A DNA stretch of 64,000 nucleotides. It comes from an uncultured Omnitrophica bacterium (GTDB lineage: Bacteria; Omnitrophota; Gorgyraeia; JACQQV01). Below are positions 8,901 through 15,621 of this stretch, piece by piece; position 1 is the first letter of the stretch; every line of letters begins with the position of its first letter. Below the pieces are notes generated by a model, which saw nothing but the letters and a program-made list of their open reading frames with translations, was not told where the DNA came from and did not search any database. The stretch covers positions 2,556-66,555 of the forward strand of contig CAMTXH010000022.1 of assembly GCA_947085655.1 (NCBI GenBank). Direction: 5' to 3'. The position numbers were made by a program, and so were the translations under genes.

Positions 8901-9539
8901 TTCATTCAGGATATCGCTGACGCGGAGCAGATTCGCCTCGGTCTGCTCGAGTTTTCGGAGCGTCTCTTTCTTCTGACTCCGGAATTTCGTAATTCCGCTC
9001 GCCTCCTCAAAAAGATAGCGCCGCTCCTCCGGCCTGGCACTCAGGATTTCGTCGATTTTTCCCTGCGCCATGTGGGCGTAAGAGGTCTGGCCGAGTCCGG
9101 TCCCCATGACCAATTCCACCACATCCCGGAGGCGGACCGGCGTGTGATTAATCAGATATTCGCTTTCCCCGGAGCGGAAAAGGCGGCGGGTGATGGTGAC
9201 TTCATCATATTCAATCGGGAGGAGCTTTTTCTCGTTGGACAAGGTCAGGGAGACTTCCGCAAGACCCAGCGGCTCATCTTTTTGGGTGCCGTTGAAAATA
9301 ACATCTTCCATCCGGCCTCCCCGGAGATCCTTGGCGCTCTGTTCCCCGAGAACCCACCGGATGGCATCCGAAATGTTCGACTTGCCGCAGCCGTTCGGTC
9401 CCACAATGGCGGTGACCCCCGGCTCAAATTCAAGAAGGGTTCGATCCCGGAAGGACTTGAAACCGATGAGTTCAAGACGTTTGAAATGCATAGTGAAGGC
9501 ATTATAGCAAAGATTTGAATTTTTGTCAACTTTAAACAC
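5964..9539 (-). CDS. smc: Chromosome segregation protein SMC
   Basis: 1191 aa. N-terminal Walker A GPNGCGKSNISDAIRWVLGEQS, long coiled coils and a hinge, then C-terminal LSGGERAMTVIALLFA...LDEIDAPLD (signature motif and Walker B). Confidence 0.95.
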   Translation of the reverse strand: MFKVDKNSNLCYNAFTMHFKRLELIGFKSFRDRTLLEFEPGVTAIVGPNGCGKSNISDAIRWVLGEQSAKDLRGGRMEDVIFNGTQKDEPLGLAEVSLTLSNEKKLLPIEYDEVTITRRLFRSGESEYLINHTPVRLRDVVELVMGTGLGQTSYAHMAQGKIDEILSARPEERRYLFEEASGITKFRSQKKETLRKLEQTEANLLRVSDILNELGRQIRSLERQAEKARRYREGFEKLKALELGVARLERGRLTAELRSFSEKETALQKEAEALSKEKEDSLEKLRALRQDLSEAESALNTLQGRKMELLSRSRQGADRILLHRERIEELGAARERLELEKNQLKQDLENFRKHLEASQKDFEETLKEMEAQKTTLVSLEFSFQEILKSVAGSEETIAKGKLHRVEIAKAHATVKNDLNRLTAEHHTLSSRQQRLLREKEETEREHGEVRVRRETAERTAQEVRETSKVLKEEKETLGKTLETLCRMHDELGKEIQKGHQKLAALVSRCELLEEARKNDEGFSQGTKAFLKETEKNPAFRNCRGILANLVKAVPGYERAIEELLGPMVQAIVVADDRTAREGIRYLESGGFGRATFLVASHFRKGSVTGNALEKISITPDLEPILSTLLGEAMIVEKLDDIPLAQSGRTYVTPKGECYRSGVLSGGSPLSEELGLIGREAKVAALRDEIAQLEKRVGEAVSREKSLEREKTEKEKLLQEKIDLCHKEDLELSNQEYLLEGIQTEERRIQEEEKLVLLELEEVRDQLQDLEVREKNLVEELKQVEEEEQMLQEELTRHQSLIEAKKRDRETALVQIAEVKTTIDSAAKRHEEKKKAHLFLENTLNEKESLIAAKEAETKRSIQRIQELTEEIRRLEEEGKGILIETEELEKVLEGAEAEQKEKLAEELTFQNSLTELESRLDGLNNQMHEIAMKEQHLQYEVRSLEERIRLSYKVELDSSEEGEPVDPEAAQPEIERLRIKLERMGPVNLVAIEEYEELKKRFEFLTQQKEDLEKAKVSLHEAIQKINKVTRELFLATFRQIQTNFQEYFRLLFGGGRAELLLLDENDVLESGIEILACPPGKKLQSVSLLSGGERAMTVIALLFAVFKERPSPFCVLDEIDAPLDDSNVARFTSVLQEFLKSSQFILVTHNKRTITMADVMYGITMEKTGVSKIVSAKFKDEESARQAVPV

Positions 9540-9593
9540 AGTATTGGGTTAGGAAATGTCCATTTTTGTACACTTTTTGGGCCTCTTCCCTCC

Positions 9594-9622
9594 TTGACGG
9601 AATCCCCCGTTCGTGTTAGGAT
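9594..9622 (+). promoter_or_regulatory. Putative sigma-70 promoter (TTGACG - 17 nt - TAGGAT) upstream of the GT2 gene
   Basis: Sequence match in the smc/GT2 divergent intergenic region. Confidence 0.4.
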
Positions 9623-9636
9623 GACATCGGATTCTC

Positions 9637-10518
9637 ATGGACCTTTCCATCGTCATCCCTCACCGGAATCGGAAAGACGCACTCAGGCGATGCCTCGGTT
9701 CCATCCCGCTTGCAGCCGGTTCCCTGTCCTATGAGACGATTGTGGTGGACAACGGATCAAGGGATGGAAGCCAGGAGGTGATCCGTCGCACTTTCCCGAA
9801 GGTCCATCTCCTTCAAAACCAAAATAACGAAGGGTTCAGCCGGGCGGTGAACCAGGGGCTCCGGAAGGCGGCGGGAAATTATCTTCTCTGTCTTAATAAT
9901 GACACCTTTCTCTTCCCCAACAGTCTTGTCTGTCTTTTATCTTTCATGGAGATGCACCCGGACGCCGGGATCTCGGGCGGAAAAATCTTCAATCGGGACG
10001 GAACGATCCAGCCCTCGGCCCGCTCCTTCCCCCGCCTTGAAACGGCGCTCTTCAACCGCTCGTCTCTTGCCACCCGTTTTTTTCCGAATAATCCCCTTTC
10101 CCGACGCTACCTTCTAAGCGACTGGGATCGTTGTTCCGTCAGAGAAGTGGATTGGGTTTCGGGAAGTTTCCTGATGATCCGGCGTTCTGTCTTTGAAAAA
10201 GTCGGTTTTTTTGACGAGCGCTTCTTCCTCTATTGCGAAGATGTGGATTACTGCCGCCGGGCGAAGGAGATGGGGTTTCGGGTTTACTACGTCCCGGATT
10301 CCCATATCATCCACGAAACGTCCTACAGCGGAAAAGGACTCTCCACCCTTTTTTTCCATCACCAGAGCATGTACCGGTTTTACAAAAAACACTACTCCGG
10401 GAATTTTTTGCGGGACACCCTGATTCTGGGGGGCGTGACGCTTCGATTTTTGGTGGAGGCGGGATCGCTCCCGGGAAAGAGACTTTTTTGGAAGGTTCGT
10501 CATGACGCCGCTCCTTGA
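9637..10518 (+). CDS. Family 2 glycosyltransferase (rhamnosyl/GalNAc-transferase-like)
   Basis: LSIVIPHRNR...VVDNGSRDGS...FLYCEDVDYCRRA is a GT-A fold with DxD-like and ED motifs. Confidence 0.8.
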   Translation: MDLSIVIPHRNRKDALRRCLGSIPLAAGSLSYETIVVDNGSRDGSQEVIRRTFPKVHLLQNQNNEGFSRAVNQGLRKAAGNYLLCLNNDTFLFPNSLVCLLSFMEMHPDAGISGGKIFNRDGTIQPSARSFPRLETALFNRSSLATRFFPNNPLSRRYLLSDWDRCSVREVDWVSGSFLMIRRSVFEKVGFFDERFFLYCEDVDYCRRAKEMGFRVYYVPDSHIIHETSYSGKGLSTLFFHHQSMYRFYKKHYSGNFLRDTLILGGVTLRFLVEAGSLPGKRLFWKVRHDAAP

Positions 10519-11326
10519 AGTATCCGGCCTTTCTAAGACATTTTATCCGACGCCCCCTTTTCTGGATGTGCTGCGCGGCCGCTTCCAAAAAAAAGCGGTT
10601 CCTGTCCTCCTCGACCTTGCCTTAACCCTTCATGAGGGAGAGCTGTATTGTCTTATGGGAGCAAACGGCGCAGGCAAAACCACCCTCCTCAAAATCCTCT
10701 GCGGTTTAATCCTTCCCGACACGCAGCGACTCCGGCTCTGCGGGGAAGAGCTCCCTCCCGGCCATCCGCGTCTTCGGGCTTCCTTCGGTCTGGTGACGGG
10801 AGAGGAACAAAGTTTTTACGGACGCCTGACCGGGAGGCAGAACCTGGAGTTCTTTGCCACTTTTCAGGGTCTCCCCCCAAAAAGAATCCGGGAATCCATT
10901 GAGGCCCTCTGCGAACTTTTCCGGATGGAAAATTATCTGGACAAGCCCTTTTTTGCCTATTCCACCGGCATGAAACAGCGTCTTGGACTTTCCCGCGGCC
11001 TTTTAGGCGATCCGAAAATTCTCCTTTTGGATGAGCCAACGCGGAGTCTCGACCCTGCGGCAGCCGGAGAGTGGCACCATTTCCTCCGCGACATCCTTCT
11101 TGAAAAGGAGAAAAAAACAGTTCTTTATACCACCCATTCCCTGGAGGAGGCGGAGCATTTCTCAAGCAGGATCGGGATCCTCTGCGGGGGAAAAATCGTG
11201 GCGGAGGGGGATCTGGGGACACTCAAACGAAAGGCGCACCTTTCGGAGGAAGCCACCCTTTACGACATTTTCCAGAAAATGACAGAGGGGATAAACTGTG
11301 TTTCAGAAACTCCTTGCCCTCTTTAA
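10502..11326 (+). CDS. ABC transporter ATP-binding protein (ABC-2 export type)
   Basis: Walker A GANGAGKTTLLK, signature YSTGMKQRLGL, Walker B ILLLDEPTRSLD, H-loop TTHSLEEA. Confidence 0.85.
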   Translation: MTPLLEVSGLSKTFYPTPPFLDVLRGRFQKKAVPVLLDLALTLHEGELYCLMGANGAGKTTLLKILCGLILPDTQRLRLCGEELPPGHPRLRASFGLVTGEEQSFYGRLTGRQNLEFFATFQGLPPKRIRESIEALCELFRMENYLDKPFFAYSTGMKQRLGLSRGLLGDPKILLLDEPTRSLDPAAAGEWHHFLRDILLEKEKKTVLYTTHSLEEAEHFSSRIGILCGGKIVAEGDLGTLKRKAHLSEEATLYDIFQKMTEGINCVSETPCPL

Positions 11327-12104
11327 AAGAGATTTCTTCATCACCTCAAGTTACAAGGTCAGCTTCATGATGTATTGGATTCATGCGCTGGCCATCCTTC
11401 TCCCCTTTTTCTTCATCGGACGGATGTTCGAGACCAGAAGTTCGCCCCACCTCCTTGCCTACGGCGGGCATTACTTTGCCTTTGTTTTGATCGGTCTCGG
11501 AGCACGGCGCTACCTCTCGCATGCCCTGCACAGTCTGGCGGGGACGGTCGGTGAAGAGCGGGGCTTGGGAACTCTGGAAACGCTCCTCGCAAGCCCCACT
11601 TCTTCCAAGACGGTTTTTTTTCTTCTTTCGGTTCTGAGTGTTTTCTACGCGGTGCTGAACCTTTTGTTTTACCTTTCCCTTGGGATTGTTCTCTTCCGGG
11701 TCCCGTTTCCGCACGTCAATATCCCCGCGGCGGTTGTTGTTTTGTTTTTGACCACGCTCAATTTTTTCTCATTCGGTTTTTTGTCCGCCAGTTTCATTCT
11801 CGTTTTCAAAAAATCGAGTATCATCGAGCCCTTCTTCGAGGGATTCTCCAGTTTCTTAGGAGGCGTTTATTTCCCGATCACCCTCCTTCCGGACTGGCTC
11901 GAGCGGGTGTCGGCCTTCATTCCGATGACGTATGTTTTGAGGGCACTGCGCCTTTCTCTTTTGAAGGGGGCGCCGTTGGGTACCCTCCAAGGGGACCTGG
12001 CCGCCCTTCTTCTTTTGACAGCGGTCCTCTTCCCGGTCAGTCTTTGGACCTTCGGAAAAGCGCTCCAGAAAGCGAAAAAGGACGGGAGTCTGGTCCACGA
12101 TTGA
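11298..12104 (+). CDS. ABC-2 family transporter permease
   Basis: 268 aa with about 6 predicted TM helices. It overlaps the ATPase gene end, as expected for a two-gene ABC-2 exporter. Confidence 0.7.
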   Translation: MFQKLLALFKRDFFITSSYKVSFMMYWIHALAILLPFFFIGRMFETRSSPHLLAYGGHYFAFVLIGLGARRYLSHALHSLAGTVGEERGLGTLETLLASPTSSKTVFFLLSVLSVFYAVLNLLFYLSLGIVLFRVPFPHVNIPAAVVVLFLTTLNFFSFGFLSASFILVFKKSSIIEPFFEGFSSFLGGVYFPITLLPDWLERVSAFIPMTYVLRALRLSLLKGAPLGTLQGDLAALLLLTAVLFPVSLWTFGKALQKAKKDGSLVHD

Positions 12105-12239
12105 TCGGTTGCTCTATGCCGGAATCTCCCATCGTGATATAATAGAGAAAAATGAAGTGGTACATTTACTTTTCTTTGACGAGGCCGATTATTTTATGAA
12201 AACGATTTTGAAAACAATGGGCAACCTAAAGGAGGCGAC

Positions 12240-13511
12240 ATGATCGAAAGAGTCGAGCGTCTGGGAGAGGAAGTGGAGAGCCAGTGGAAAAAAGAGGGAT
12301 ACGCCAAGGAGGCCTTTTCAGGAATCGCCCTTCGCGCCCTCCAAAAAAGCGGTATTCACCGCCATTTCTCGGTCGAAGAAGTTCTGCACTGGCTTGGAGC
12401 GCAAAAAGAGATCCCCGCACAGTTAAGCATGGAAAGAGACACCTTCGGGCAACCCCCCATCACCCTCTTCCGCCGTGACCGGTTTGTGATTGACATTTAC
12501 TTCTGGGTCACCTCCGCCAGCACCATTCACTCTCACACGTTCCAGGGTGCTTTTACGGTCCTTCAGGGAAAAAAACTTCAATGCCATTATGATTTCCGGA
12601 TCCGCGAAAATATCGAGGAGAATATCCTGATCGGCGATTTCTCCTTGGAGAAGGCGGTTTTCCTGAAGGAAGGAGATATCCAGGATATCGAATATGGAGC
12701 GAATCGGCCCACCCTGACCCATCAGGTGTTTCAAATCACCCAACCGGCCGTTACGCTCCTGGTCCGGTCACTCAATCCGGAAAAGACCAATTATATCTAT
12801 TTAAAGCCCCATCTCGGCTACCGGGAATTCCGTAACTTTACCCCCCTTGAGAGAAAACAGTTGGACACGTTGGAGATGCTCCATCGTATAAACCACCCCC
12901 TTGAAGACACCTTTTTAAAGTCCCTCATTTCAGAAATAGGAGATTATAAGGCGTTATTGTATCTCAAAGAGTTCTTTTTAGACACAGGGGACTGGCGTCG
13001 AATTCAGAAGGTTCTCGAAACCCTTCCCCGTTTCCGGAGGTGGGCCCCCTCCCTCGTGGAATCTTTTCGCACGATTGACGAGACAAGGGTCATGTGGACG
13101 AGTGTTTCCGGAGAAAAAGAAAGACTCCTGATGGGACTCCTTCACACCTTTGAGGAAAAAGAGAGCATCCTTCAGTTCGTGCGCCGTTATTTCCCGGAGG
13201 AAAACGCGGAGACCCTCATTTTGGAGGGACTAAAGAAGTTGATGGACCGGCAGGCCTTTCCCTTCGAATTGAACGAAACGGCCCTGGAGGTTTTGCGGCT
13301 CTCTCTTCGCGGCGATTCAGAGGAGGAAATCTGCCAGGAACTTTCAGACGCCTATCATCTCAAGAGTTCCGGGACACTCCGTCAAGAGGTGCGGGACATT
13401 CTCAACGAGATGCGCTCTAACGGACATCTCAAACCGCTCGTTTCCCCCTCGTCGACTTTTTCAGAAAAGAGACGATCCGGGCGTCCGGAACAAACGACAG
13501 TTCATAGATAG
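12240..13511 (+). CDS. Hypothetical protein with a possible cupin-like N-terminal region (IHSHTFQGAF...HYDF) and a helical C-terminal region
   Basis: 423-aa ORF with RBS AAAGGAGG 6 nt upstream and an extended -10 (TGaTATAAT) at ~12133-12143. I do not recognise a known family. It overlaps the 3' end of the HprK-like gene convergently by 83 bp. Confidence 0.5.
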   Translation: MIERVERLGEEVESQWKKEGYAKEAFSGIALRALQKSGIHRHFSVEEVLHWLGAQKEIPAQLSMERDTFGQPPITLFRRDRFVIDIYFWVTSASTIHSHTFQGAFTVLQGKKLQCHYDFRIRENIEENILIGDFSLEKAVFLKEGDIQDIEYGANRPTLTHQVFQITQPAVTLLVRSLNPEKTNYIYLKPHLGYREFRNFTPLERKQLDTLEMLHRINHPLEDTFLKSLISEIGDYKALLYLKEFFLDTGDWRRIQKVLETLPRFRRWAPSLVESFRTIDETRVMWTSVSGEKERLLMGLLHTFEEKESILQFVRRYFPEENAETLILEGLKKLMDRQAFPFELNETALEVLRLSLRGDSEEEICQELSDAYHLKSSGTLRQEVRDILNEMRSNGHLKPLVSPSSTFSEKRRSGRPEQTTVHR

Positions 13512-14337
13512 GAAAAGAGGAACAAAGCGTCAGGACAAACTCTGCCAAAAAAGAGTCTGCCTCCAGAGCCCAGGAAATGGGGGGAACTTCCAACAGGAAC
13601 CGTCTCAAAGACTCCTGGAGCGCGAGGCGCCTCAGTTGATTTTTCTTGCCATGGGCTAAGAAAAAGATTCCCCTCAAGGGCGTCCCCTCTGTGAGAGAGA
13701 AAAAGGGAAAAGGTTCGCAAGGAGGGGTTCCGTAAATCCGGGGTCCCCCCTTCCTTTTACAAACCACCATCAGGTCATCCCCCAAGACAGAAATGGTTCT
13801 ATCCTGGTAAAGCAGTTTGGAGAGGGTGCTCTTCCCTGCGCCTCCGGGGCCGACAAAGAGGTATCCCCTTCCCTGATAAGAAACACCTGCTGCGTGGAGG
13901 AAAAATCCGACCCGCTTTAGGAGCAAAAGATGGGCAAGGAGGAGCTGGAGATAAAGCCACATCAGATGAAAAGGAAGTTCCTTTTCTTTTTCCGATCCCA
14001 AAAAGATCTTTACTTCTTTGAAGGAGGAGTCCAGAAGAAGGGCTTTGGGGATACTGTCCACGATGGGGCGCGGGTAGCTCATTCGGATCTCCCTTGCCAA
14101 GGCATGGGGGTCGGTTTGGATCAGGAACCCCTGCGGGATCCGGTAAAATTGATAGGTCTTCCCGTTTCGGTAAAAAAGGTCTTTCCTTTTGAAATGGGGG
14201 GGGTCGGAAAACAAGATGCGGGCAGAAAGTTGGGGATTCTTGCGGCTCAAAAAAGGGAAAAGGGCACGCTGGAGGGTTAGCCGGGGAGCTGTGACAGAGA
14301 GCGGGATCCCTCCGATCTCTAAGAAAACCTCTTGCAT
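13429..14337 (-). CDS. HPr kinase/phosphorylase C-terminal-domain-like P-loop kinase (HprK-related kinase family)
   Basis: LHAAGVSYQGRGYLFVGPGGAGKSTLSKLL...ISVLGDDLMVV matches the Hpr_kinase_C P-loop core. There is no HprK N-terminal domain and no PTS context. Confidence 0.75.
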   Translation of the reverse strand: MQEVFLEIGGIPLSVTAPRLTLQRALFPFLSRKNPQLSARILFSDPPHFKRKDLFYRNGKTYQFYRIPQGFLIQTDPHALAREIRMSYPRPIVDSIPKALLLDSSFKEVKIFLGSEKEKELPFHLMWLYLQLLLAHLLLLKRVGFFLHAAGVSYQGRGYLFVGPGGAGKSTLSKLLYQDRTISVLGDDLMVVCKRKGGPRIYGTPPCEPFPFFSLTEGTPLRGIFFLAHGKKNQLRRLALQESLRRFLLEVPPISWALEADSFLAEFVLTLCSSFPIYELSFVPDARIVSFLKKSTRGKRAV

Positions 14338-14381
14338 GGGGACCTACTTCTGCTCAAGCGGCTCCCTTCGTTTAGGACCCA

Positions 14382-14525
14382 CTAACCGCACCTGAACTCG
14401 GGAATTTGTGGGGGCGTGAATCCAACGGAAGGGTCTTTCATCTCAACACGGCGAAGGATCGGTTTTTTATAACGCCTTTTGGGCGGCCCTTCTTTTTTGG
14501 CACTGGGTTTCTTCTTTTTCGCCAT
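14382..14525 (-). CDS. Unannotated small ORF: 46-aa highly basic peptide, a candidate precursor/substrate peptide
   Basis: Manual translation gives MAKKKKPSAKKEGPPKRRYKKPILRRVEMKDPSVGFTPPQIPEFRCG ending in TAG. A strong RBS GGAGGT lies 4-5 nt upstream of the ATG. It fits exactly into the 213-bp gap between the oxygenase-like and kinase-like genes. It is below the length cutoff of the ORF track. Confidence 0.5.
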   Translation of the reverse strand: MAKKKKPSAKKEGPPKRRYKKPILRRVEMKDPSVGFTPPQIPEFRCG

Positions 14526-14550
14526 CGTCACCTCCGGTTCATATTTCTTT

Positions 14551-15297
14551 TTATCGTATCAAAGGGGAAAAACGCTTGGCAAGAGAAATATTCGTGGTGG
14601 TCCGGAACCAAAAGACGCTGGAGTAGCGGCCGGGGTTTTGAAGGGGTGTCCGAATCTTTCCGATTCCGTGTAAAAATTCCCGTTTGACCTTCATGACAAG
14701 AAGTTTGTTGAAACCGGGGGTCACCCGAACGCGCGGCCTTGTCCAGTCCCCCAGATAAAGAGACCCCCCCGCCTCCCTCCTCCATCCTTTCGTTGCATAA
14801 TAGACCACGGTGAGGTGATGCTGGCTGTCAGTGTGAGGATTCTCCCAATCACCGGGGCCCATCCGTTTATGGTGCCCTCCGGTATAGCGAAGGGGCCTTG
14901 CGAATCCTGCCAACGCTGAAAGGTATCTTGAAAAATAACTCGAGAGGAAAAGAGTTTCGATCAAACGCCCCAGGACAAACCCTCTCCTCTCAAGGAGTTC
15001 CCACCGCCCTTCCCACTTACCCTGAACATGCTGCTCCCAGGCAGGGGACCACCGGTGAAGGCCGAAATCATCGTGCATCACCTTCCTCGGAGCGGATTGA
15101 AGTTCTTCATACCAAGTTTCGGCAATCTCGGGGTTCAGAAAACCGGGAAGGAAAATATAAGGAATGGGCCTTGAAGGTCTTTGAAAGGTCTCCCTGAGCT
15201 CCCGAAGAGTCCCTCTCCCTCGCCAACGGGGTGAAACAGACGCTTTGAAAAGGGCTTCTTCGTCCGAGGCCTTCCGGAGAAGGACAGAAACTTTCAT
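14551..15297 (-). CDS. 2OG-Fe(II) oxygenase superfamily protein (prolyl-4-hydroxylase/PhyH-like)
   Basis: Candidate facial triad HTD (NPHTDSQHH) and downstream His (REFLHGIG). Gly-rich strand GGSLYLGDW and an RYSS (R-x-S) 2OG-binding-like motif are present. Its start overlaps the PqqD-like stop by 4 nt. Confidence 0.55.
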   Translation of the reverse strand: MKVSVLLRKASDEEALFKASVSPRWRGRGTLRELRETFQRPSRPIPYIFLPGFLNPEIAETWYEELQSAPRKVMHDDFGLHRWSPAWEQHVQGKWEGRWELLERRGFVLGRLIETLFLSSYFSRYLSALAGFARPLRYTGGHHKRMGPGDWENPHTDSQHHLTVVYYATKGWRREAGGSLYLGDWTRPRVRVTPGFNKLLVMKVKREFLHGIGKIRTPLQNPGRYSSVFWFRTTTNISLAKRFSPLIR

Positions 15298-15587
15298 CGG
15301 GATCGCTGAATCAATCCCTCTTTTTTCAGGTCGTTTAAAAAAGAAAAGATTTCTTTTTGAACCCGTGATTCGAGAGTGTCAAATTCTTCGGCGATGGTCT
15401 TCACAATTCCCTGGCAGAGTCTCTGGCCATCCAAGAGTTCCCAAACGCGGCTCCCGACCTCCTCCACAAAATAAAACGGGCGGGTTTTGACCTGCTTGGG
15501 ACTGGTGGGGAGGAGGATAGACTCCCCTTTGATCCTCCGGTAAACCACGTCGGGATTTCGTTTGAAACGGTCATTGGGCTGAACCAT
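15294..15587 (-). CDS. PqqD family protein (RiPP recognition element-like peptide chaperone)
   Basis: 97 aa. RNPDVVYRRIKGESILL...FYFVEEVGSRVWELLDGQRLCQGIVKTIAEEFD matches the PqqD family pattern. RBS AGGAGG is 6 nt upstream. Confidence 0.8.
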   Translation of the reverse strand: MVQPNDRFKRNPDVVYRRIKGESILLPTSPKQVKTRPFYFVEEVGSRVWELLDGQRLCQGIVKTIAEEFDTLESRVQKEIFSFLNDLKKEGLIQRSR

Positions 15588-15621
15588 CTTACCTCCTTCT
15601 GATTTTCTGTCCCCCGTCTCC

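Noticed and set aside
6420-9518. Multiple 80-150-aa plus-strand ORFs inside smc
   Set aside because: They are antisense shadows of a 1191-aa SMC gene with intact Walker A, signature and Walker B motifs. They are repeat-rich and low complexity, as expected opposite coiled-coil codons.
13429-15587. Lasso-peptide cluster interpretation of the PqqD/kinase cassette
   Set aside because: No asparagine-synthetase-like lasso cyclase and no transglutaminase-like leader protease are present in or around the cassette. The candidate core after a putative cleavage is too short for a threaded lasso. It is kept as an unclassified RiPP-like system instead.
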